Origin: Nannocystales bacterium
GTDB taxonomy: Bacteria; Myxococcota_A; Polyangia; Nannocystales; Nannocystaceae
Reading direction: 5' to 3'
Length of the DNA: 64,000 nt
Assembly (NCBI GenBank): GCA_050633305.1
Contig: JBOEGF010000019.1
Location: 1-64,000 of the forward strand
How positions within the stretch are numbered: position 1 is the first letter of the stretch; every line of letters begins with the position of its first letter. The notes below the pieces were generated by a model. That model was not told where the DNA came from. It ran no database searches and saw only the letters and a list, made by a program, of their open reading frames with translations. Shown here piece after piece: positions 1 through 8,300 of this stretch. Position numbers and translations under genes: made by a program.

Positions 1-2
1 AG

Positions 3-2345
3 AGCCTGATGGGCACGCCCGCCTCGGCAGAGACGGCGTCGGCTGTGGCTTCGGCGGCGACAGAGGAGCCGGAGTCCGCCCCGGGTCTGGGACGATTCGT
101 CCTACGTGCCGTTCCCGAATCGGCTCCGGGTCTCACGCTGCGGGGGTTGTCCGCGGCCGGACAAGTCGCGGTCACCGACGACGGCGGTGGAGTCCATGAG
201 GCGTTGGTCTCCGCGCTCAACGCCCGGGGCGTCCCGGCGGTGTCGTGGGGCGATGGTGCTCCGCTCCCATCGGGTGTCCGGGGTCTCGTGATTCTCGACG
301 GCCTTCGTTCGACGGATGCGGATGGCTCGGTGGCCATGCACAGTTCAGCGTTCGCCCGGGCGAAGGCGCTGTGTCAGGCAACGCAGCCCAGCCTGCTGGT
401 GACGGTGCAAGACACTGGCGGGGCATTTGGAACCCGGGGCATTCAGCCTTCCCAAGCGTGGGCTTCGGGCTTGACCGGGCTCGCGCGGACCGCCAACCAG
501 GAGTGGGAGCAGGCATCGATCAAGGCGATCGACGTGCATCGGGCAAATCGAGCCCCGGCGGCAGTGGCCGAGGCGATCGTGCACGAGTTGCTCGAAGGCG
601 GGAACGAACTCGATGTCGGTTTGTCGGCGGATGGAAGCCGCTGCGTGCTGCGCTCCGTGTCGGAGGCGGTCGAACCCGGCGCGATGCCGCTGCCCGAGGA
701 CGCTGTCATCGTGGCTTCGGGGGGCGCGCGCGGGGTTACGGCAGCCACACTCATCAAGCTCGCGGCGCAGGGAAGCTATCGCTTTGCGCTTCTGGGTCGG
801 ACCGCGCTGGCCGAAGAGTCGGCACAAACGCAGGGGGCGTCCGACGATGCTTCGCTCAAGCGTGCACTCCTGCAAGAAGCCAAAGCTGGTGGGGAGGCCG
901 TGACCCCGGCCAGCCTCGGCGCGCGGGCGAAGGCGCTGCTTGCCGCTCGTGAGGTCCGAGCAACGCTCGATGCCATCACCGCAGCGGGGTCCACCGCCGC
1001 CTACATCCCGGTGAGTGTCACGGACGCTCCGGCACTCACGGCGGCGCTGGACCAGGTGCGAAGCCGTTGGGGACGAATCGACGCGGTCGTCCATGCCGCG
1101 GGCGTCCTCGCGGACCGTCGCATCGAGGACAAGACTCCTGAGCAGTTCGAGAGCGTGTTCTCGACCAAGGTCGCTGGCCTCCGGGGTCTTCTCGAGGCGA
1201 CGTCCGGGGACGAGCTGAAGCTGCTGGTGATGTTCTCCAGTGTCGCGGCGCGCTACGGCAACACCGGGCAGGTCGACTACGCGATGGCCAACGAGGTGTT
1301 GAACAAGGTCGCGTGGTCGTATGCGGCGCAACATCCGAACTGCCGGGTGAAGTCGTTGGGCTGGGGCCCTTGGAAAGGCGGGATGGTCACGCCGCAGCTC
1401 GAACAACACTTCGCTGCGATGGGGGTCTCGCTCATCCCGCTCGAAGTCGGTGCACAGATGATGCTCGACGAGATCCGCCACGGCGCTGCGGACACGGTCG
1501 AGCTGGTGCTCGGTGGCGCGCCCGCCGAAGGGGCGTTTGCTCCCGCGTCATCCGACGACGCACTGCGCGTGGATGTGGTGGTCGATCGCAAGTCGCACCC
1601 GTTCCTGCTCGACCACAGCATCGCGGGCACGCCTGTTGTGCCGGTTGCGTTCGCCGTCGAGTGGTTCTCGCGGGCGGCCCGTGCCGCATGCCCGGAGCTG
1701 CAGCTGGCGGGGCTCCGCGACGTCTCGGTGCTGCGCGGCATTCCTTTGCAGGACTTTGACCACAAGGCAACCGCGCTGCACGTCGACACCGTGCGCGGTG
1801 CGGTCAACGGCTCGACCGAACTGAAGCTCGAGCTTCGCGACGACGCAGGGAATCGCTACTACCGTGCCACCGCACTGATGGCGGCTCGGTTGCCCGCTGC
1901 ACCCGCAGCTTCGGCGACGGACCTCGGCCTGCAGACGTGGGGAGACCGCATCGTGTACGACGGCAGTGTGCTGTTCCACGGACCCGACTTTCAGGTCATC
2001 CGTTCGATCGATGGGGTCTCGGACAAGGGCATGGCGGCCGACGTCGCGGGTGTCCGTGAGGCTGGATGGCAGTCCCCGTGGTGCACCGATCCGCTCGCTG
2101 TCGACGGCGGGTTGCAGCTGGCGTTGCTTTGGAGCCAGCACATGCTGGGCGGGTCTTCGCTGCCTACCGCGATCGGCGAAGTCCGGACCTACGCGACGCC
2201 ATCCGATGGCCCGCTGCGTTGCACGCTGACGGGGCGCCGCGCGGAAGGCCAGAAGGCCGTGGCCGATGTGGTCTTCCACGACCGCACCGGAGCTGTTGTT
2301 GCTGAGCTGCATGGCGTCGAGACGCACCAGCTCCCACGCGCCTAA
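3..2345 (+). CDS. pfa2: PUFA synthase Pfa2/PfaA-type subunit, C-terminal part (KR + PKS-type DH); 5' end lies outside the window
   Basis: Frame is open from the window edge. KR motifs SGGARGVT, VHAAGVLAD, FSSVAARYGN and YAMANE; DH motif LLDHSIAGTPVVP and LFHGPDFQ; directly upstream of a Pfa3-like gene. Confidence 0.85.
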   Translation, partial: SLMGTPASAETASAVASAATEEPESAPGLGRFVLRAVPESAPGLTLRGLSAAGQVAVTDDGGGVHEALVSALNARGVPAVSWGDGAPLPSGVRGLVILDGLRSTDADGSVAMHSSAFARAKALCQATQPSLLVTVQDTGGAFGTRGIQPSQAWASGLTGLARTANQEWEQASIKAIDVHRANRAPAAVAEAIVHELLEGGNELDVGLSADGSRCVLRSVSEAVEPGAMPLPEDAVIVASGGARGVTAATLIKLAAQGSYRFALLGRTALAEESAQTQGASDDASLKRALLQEAKAGGEAVTPASLGARAKALLAAREVRATLDAITAAGSTAAYIPVSVTDAPALTAALDQVRSRWGRIDAVVHAAGVLADRRIEDKTPEQFESVFSTKVAGLRGLLEATSGDELKLLVMFSSVAARYGNTGQVDYAMANEVLNKVAWSYAAQHPNCRVKSLGWGPWKGGMVTPQLEQHFAAMGVSLIPLEVGAQMMLDEIRHGAADTVELVLGGAPAEGAFAPASSDDALRVDVVVDRKSHPFLLDHSIAGTPVVPVAFAVEWFSRAARAACPELQLAGLRDVSVLRGIPLQDFDHKATALHVDTVRGAVNGSTELKLELRDDAGNRYYRATALMAARLPAAPAASATDLGLQTWGDRIVYDGSVLFHGPDFQVIRSIDGVSDKGMAADVAGVREAGWQSPWCTDPLAVDGGLQLALLWSQHMLGGSSLPTAIGEVRTYATPSDGPLRCTLTGRRAEGQKAVADVVFHDRTGAVVAELHGVETHQLPRA

Positions 2346-2349
2346 CGCG

Positions 2350-2372
2350 TCGAACCTCGAACCTCGAACCTC
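2350..2372. repeat. Short tandem repeat (TCGAACC)x3 plus TC in the pfa2-pfa3 spacer
   Basis: tcgaacc tcgaacc tcgaacc tc read directly. Confidence 0.85.
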
Positions 2373-2388
2373 AGAAACGACGCTGAAC

Positions 2389-5300
2389 ATGGCTCGCTTT
2401 GCTCCGATCGCGATCGTTGGTCGCGCTTGTCTGCTGCCGGGGGCGCACTCGCCCGAGGCGCTCTGGTCCAACGTGCGTTCGGGAACCGACAGCGTTGGCG
2501 AGGCTCCTGCGGGCCGCTGGGGGGTCGACGTGGGCCGGATTCGGTGCACGGCGGATGACCCGCAACCCGACCAGGTTTGGACGGACCGCGGTGGCTACGT
2601 TCGGGATCTGAGCTTCGATCCGCAGGGGTTCGAGGTTCCTGCCTCGACGCTTCAGGGGCTCGACCCGGTGTTCCTCTGGGCGCTTCACACCGGACGTGCC
2701 GCGCTCCGAGATGCGGGCCTCGAGCGGGCTCCCGAGCGCACCGGGGCCATCTTCGGCAACCTCGGCTTTCCCACCCGGGGGATGTCGGCGTTTGCGGAGG
2801 CGGTGTGGGGAGCGAGCACGGACACGGTGGACCCGCGCAACCGCTTTGGCGCTGGGCTGCCGGCGTTGCTGCTGGCTCGCGCGCTGGGTCTCGACTCCCC
2901 TTCGCTGGCCCTCGATGCCGCGTGCGCTTCATCGTTGTACGCGATCAAATACGCATGCGATCGGCTGCACGACGGGGAGGCGGACGTCATGCTCGCGGGT
3001 GCGGTCAACTGCGCCGACGACCTGTTCATTCACGTGGGGTTCGGCGCGCTGCGTGCGTTGAGCAAGAGTGGGCGAAGCCGGCCGTTTCATGCGGACGCGG
3101 ACGGCCTTCTCCCCGCCGAAGGCGCGGGCTTCGTCGTGCTCAAACGCCTCGCCGATGCGCGGCGCGACGGTGATGCGATCGCAGGTGTCATTCGGGGCGT
3201 CGGATTGAGCAACGACGGCCGAGGTCGCGGCTTCCTGGTGCCCTCCGCCCTGGGACAGGCGGAGGCCTTGCGGATGGCGTACGACGTGGCCGGTCTGACC
3301 CCGGCCGACGTCGACTATGTCGAGTGTCACGCGACTGGGACGCAGTTGGGGGACGCCACCGAGCTGGAGTCTCTGCGTGCCGTCTTTGGCGAAGCCGGGC
3401 AGGATCTGCCGCTGGGGTCGCTCAAGGCCAACGTGGGCCACTTGATCACCGCTGCGGGCGTGGCGGGTCTGATCAAGGTCTGCGAGGCGATGAAGGCCGG
3501 AGAGCTTCCGCCAACTCCGCACCTCGATCGACCGACCGATGCGCTGAGCAGCACCGGGTTCCGTGTCCCGAGCGAGCCCGAGCCGTGGCCTGGAGAGGGC
3601 ACGCGCCGAGCTGCGGTCTCGGCGTTTGGCTTCGGGGGCAACAACGCGCACCTCATCGTCGAAGCGCACGACCCGTCCCTACCGGATGATGCGGCGGACC
3701 TGCCGGCGTCTCCCGTGGTGATCGTGGCCGCAGCTGTTCGTGCTGCGGGCGTCTCCAAACCCGCCGACGTGCTCGATGCGATCGCAAACCCGGCCGTGAA
3801 GCGACGCGCGGCCGCATCGCTGTCTTTGGATCCGCTCGCGCTCGGCATTCCGCCCAACGATCTGCGTCAGACGCTACCGCAGCAGCTCGCCATGCTGCAG
3901 GTCGCGGCCGAAGTCGCGGACGCGGTGCCGACCGACGCTGGGTCACGGGTCGGGGCCTTCGTCGGCATGGGGGTCGATCCGTCCGTCGCTCGGTACGGGG
4001 CTCGCTGGCGTCACGGTGAAGGGTTCATCGATGCACTCACCGCAGCTGGGGTCATCGGGACGATGCCGAACATCCCCACCAACCGCATCAACCGCCATCT
4101 GGACCTGCATGGTGGTAGCTGCTCGGTCTTCGCCGAAGAGCTTTCGGGCACCACCGCGTTGCAGCTCGCGGCCCGGGCCGTCTCTCGGGGAGAACTCGAC
4201 GCGGCGGTCGTCGGGGCTGTCGATCTCGGCGATGAGCCGGTCCACTCCGCTGCCCTGGAACGTTCGACGGAAGCGAGTGGGAAGAACGCCGGGGATGCAG
4301 CCGTCGCGCTCGTGTTGCGCCGCGAAGCCGACGCGCGTGCGCAGGGGCAAACCATCCTGGCCGTCCTCGACGCACCGGCCAGCGAAGCTTCGCTGTGGGG
4401 CCCGCAAGAGGAGCACGACGCCACACCCGCTCTGGGCCACTGTCATGCCGCGACCGGGCTGCTGCACGTAGCCGCCGCGGCCTGGGCCACGCATCGCCGC
4501 CTCGACGGCCGGGGTGTTCCTACGGTGACGCCTCGCTCGAGCACCGTGCGGGTGCCTGGCATGGAAGGAACCCTTGCGGAGGTTGGCATCCTGCCCGCGG
4601 ATGTCGCCGCCGAAGGGGTTCGGAGCCGGCCCCTACTCGCCGGTTATGCGGCGGCATCCAACGAAGGTCTCATCGAGGCTCTCCTCGCTGACCGACGCTC
4701 GCGCATCGAAGACCTCGGCGCTGCGGCGCACCGCTTGGTGATCGTCGCCGCCAGCGCGGAGGACTTCGAGGTCCGCCGCGGTCGGGCCGAGGCCCATCTT
4801 CGACAGGGGGCTCCTCCGGGACCGGGGGTCCACGCCCGAGAGGGGCTCGTCAGCGGCGACCTCGCATTCGTGTACACCTCGGCAGGGTCGGCCTACGCGG
4901 GTGCGGGGCTCGATCTTCTCCGCGACCTTCCTCAGCTGGGCGAGACGCTCGCGGAGCGCTTCGAGGCTTTGCCCGCCGCGCTTTCTTGGGTCGAAGGTCC
5001 AGCCGATGCCGAGCAGCGGCTTTGGTCCGCATCTGCGGTGTCACAGCTTCACACCGAGCTGTCCCGCCGCGTACTCGGACTCGAGCCCCAGGCTGCGATC
5101 GGCTACAGCTCGGGCGAGAGCAACTCCTTGTTCGCCCTCGGAGCTTGGAGCGACGTCGACGCGATGCGCCAGCAGGCGCGCGACTCGGCGCTGTTCACCC
5201 GCAACTTGGCGGGAGAGTTTCAGACCGTCACCGACCAGTGGGGCCCCGACGCTCGCTGGCAAATGTGGTCTGTACTCGCGCCCAGAGCCGAGGTCGAGGC

Positions 5301-8300
5301 GCGCATTTCCGCGGAGCCTCGCATCGAGATGGCGATCGTGCACAGCGAGACGGACGTCGTCATCGGAGGCGATGCCGCTGCGCTGGCACCCGTGCTCGAC
5401 GCGATCGGCCGGGGTCGTTGTCAGGCCCTGGACTACAACATGTGCGTGCACGTGCCGCAGCTCGAGCCGGTCGCCGACGCGTACCTGCAGCTGCATCGGC
5501 GGCCTGTGCATCCGGTTCCCGGCGTGCGGTTCTACTCGGGCGGTCGACCCGACGCCTACGTCCCCAACACCGAGGCCTGTGCCTACGCGATTCTCTCGCA
5601 GGCGCGCAACTGTCTCGATGTTCCCGCGATGATCGAGCAGGCCTGGGCCGATGGTGTCCGGGTCTTCGTGGAGCATGGGCCAGGCGGTTCGTGCTCCCGT
5701 TGGATCCTCGACATCCTCGGCCCCCAACGGCGCGCCGAAGCGGCCGTGGTTTCCCTCGACCGCAAGAGGCAGGGCGCGTGGGGGGCCGTGGAGGCCGGTG
5801 CTGCTCTGCTGGCTGCTGGTGTGCCCGTGCATCTCGAGCGACTGCTCGATGCTCTGAGCGCTCCCCTACGTACCGACCCGCTTGCTGGTCCCCTGTCCAT
5901 TCCGCTGCATTTCGCAGCTGTGCAGCCTCCTGCCCCCGCCGAGAACCAATCGGATCTTCACGTCATGAAACCCGCCCCGACTCTGCCCCCGGTTCTTGGA
6001 TCCAACTACAGCCCCGCGGTGCATGCTCCGCTGCCCGATACCGGTGGTGTCTCGGAACCCGAGCCCGCCGCACGGGCGGTCGTCACTGCCCCGTCCCCCA
6101 AGCCCAGACCCGCGACGGTCTCTGCGGCGAGTCCAACCCCGGTCCCATCCGCGGCTCCGTTCGCTGCGCCTGCCGCCTCGGGTCATCCTGGTGCGCGAAT
6201 GCTGGCAGAGCTCAGCGGGTTGCACACGCGATTCCTGCAGCAACAAGCCGCCGTGCACACCGCGTTCTTGGAGAGCCGCGCCCGAATGTTGGACCGCGCC
6301 ACCGTGGGGCAACCACAGAGCCTTGCAGTGCCCCCGAGCCCTTCCGTGACCCCTGCCGTGACCCCTGCCGTCACGCCCGTTTCCACGACGCCGCCCCCCA
6401 CCGCGCCCGGGGTTCGGGAGCCAGTCGTTCCTGCCGCCGTCGCCAAGTCGGCGCCCAAACCAGCGGTCGTCAGCGGACTGGTGACGTCCAAGCCCGCCTC
6501 GCTCGGAGAGTCTCGGGTCTCGGCCGCTCCTCCTCCCACCGGTCCGACCCTCAACCGAGCGCAGCTCGAGATCGACGCGTCCGGTCGCATCTCCGAGATC
6601 TTCGGCCCGCTGTTCGAGCAGCAGGACGGCTACGCCCGACAGGTCCGCATGCCCGAGCCTCCGCTGCTCCTCGCTGACCGGGTTACGGGGCTCGACGCCG
6701 AGCCGGGTGTTCTCGGCAAGGGCACGATCTGGACCGAGACCGACGTCTGCCACGACAGCTGGTACCTCAACCGAGGTCGGATGCCCGGCGGGATCTTCAT
6801 CGAGAGCGGCCAGGCCGACCTGATGTTGATCAGCTGGATGGGCGCCGACTTTCAGAACAAGGGAGAGCGCGTCTACCGGTTGCTCGGCTGCACGCTGACG
6901 TTCGGCGGCGACCTGCCGAAGCCTGGTGAGACTCTGAAGTACGACATTCACGTCGACGGGCACGCCAAGCACGACGCGGTCCGGCTGTTCTTCTTCCACT
7001 ACGATTGTCGCGTCGACGGGGACATTCGGCTGTCGGTTCGGGACGGCCAAGCGGGGTTCTTCACCGACGAAGAACTCGCCGACTCCGACGGAATCTTGTG
7101 GACGCCCCAGGGTGCGGAGATCGTCGCCCAGCCCCGCCTGGAGGCGCCGGACCAGCTCACCACGCGCACCAGCTTCACGCAGGCTCAGATCGAGGCGTTT
7201 GCCGATGGTCGGCCCTGGGAGTGCTTTGGCGAGGGCTTTGAGCACAGCCAGACGCACTCGCACACGCCCACGATTCAGGGCGGTCGCATGTTGTTCCTCG
7301 AGGAGGTCACCGAATTCGACGCTTCCGGAGGACCGTGGGGGCGCGGATACATGCGCGCCCGGACGCCGGTCAAGCCCGACGATTGGTACTTCGACGGTCA
7401 CTTCAAGAACGACCCGTGCATGCCCGGCACGCTGATGTTCGAGGGCTGCTTTCAAGCGCTGAGCCTGTATCTGAGCGCGCTGGGATACACGCTGCGGCGC
7501 GACAGCTGGCGTTTCCAACCCGTGCCCGGGGAACCCATCGAGATGCGTTGTCGCGGGCAGGTTACGCCCACCTCCAAGGAACTCACCTATGAGGTGTTCG
7601 TCGAGGAGATCGTCGCGGGACCCGTGCCTACGATCTACGCCGACCTGTTGTGCACGGTGGATGGACGCAAGGCCTTTCACGCCAAGCGCGTGGGCCTGCA
7701 GCTGGTTCCCGACTGGCCGCTCGAGACCTGGACCCACCTGCTGGAGGGGCATGTCGAGCCGAAGCCTGTCGCCACGGTGACGACCGAAGAGGGCGAGTTC
7801 GCGTTCGACTACAAGTCGTTGCTGGCGTGTGCGTGGGGCCGACCGTCGGAGGCGTTTGGGCCGATGTACCGCCCATTCGACTCCCATCGCAGCGCCCCAC
7901 GCCTGCCGAGTCCGCCGTATCACTTCATGTCGCGGATCCTCGAACTCAAGGGCGACATCGGGGTCGCGAAAGCAGGGGCGGAGGTCGTCGTGGAGTACGA
8001 CGTGCCCGCCGATGCTTGGTACCTCCACGACAACGGAGTTGCCACGATGCCGTTCGCGGTCCTGCTCGAGGCGGCGTTGCAGCCTTGCGGGTGGTTGGCC
8101 AGCTACGTGGGCTCGGTGCTGGAGTACGACAAGGACCTCCTGTTCCGAAACCTGGACGGGACGGGCACGCAGTTGCGCGAGGTGTTCGCCGACGCCGGAA
8201 CGCTCCGTACCGAGGTCAAGCTGACCGCGCTTTCCAAGGCCGGTGGCATGGTGATCACGTCGTTCGACGTGGTGATGCTGCAAGGGTCCGAGCGGGTCTA

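Noticed and set aside
2266..2388. Upstream extension of the pfa3 ORF
   Set aside because: Overlaps the pfa2 3' end; KS homology begins at MARFAPIAIVG (2389).
6343..6380. 12-bp tandem repeat in pfa3
   Set aside because: In-frame VTPA repeats within a Pro/Ala linker; ordinary low complexity.
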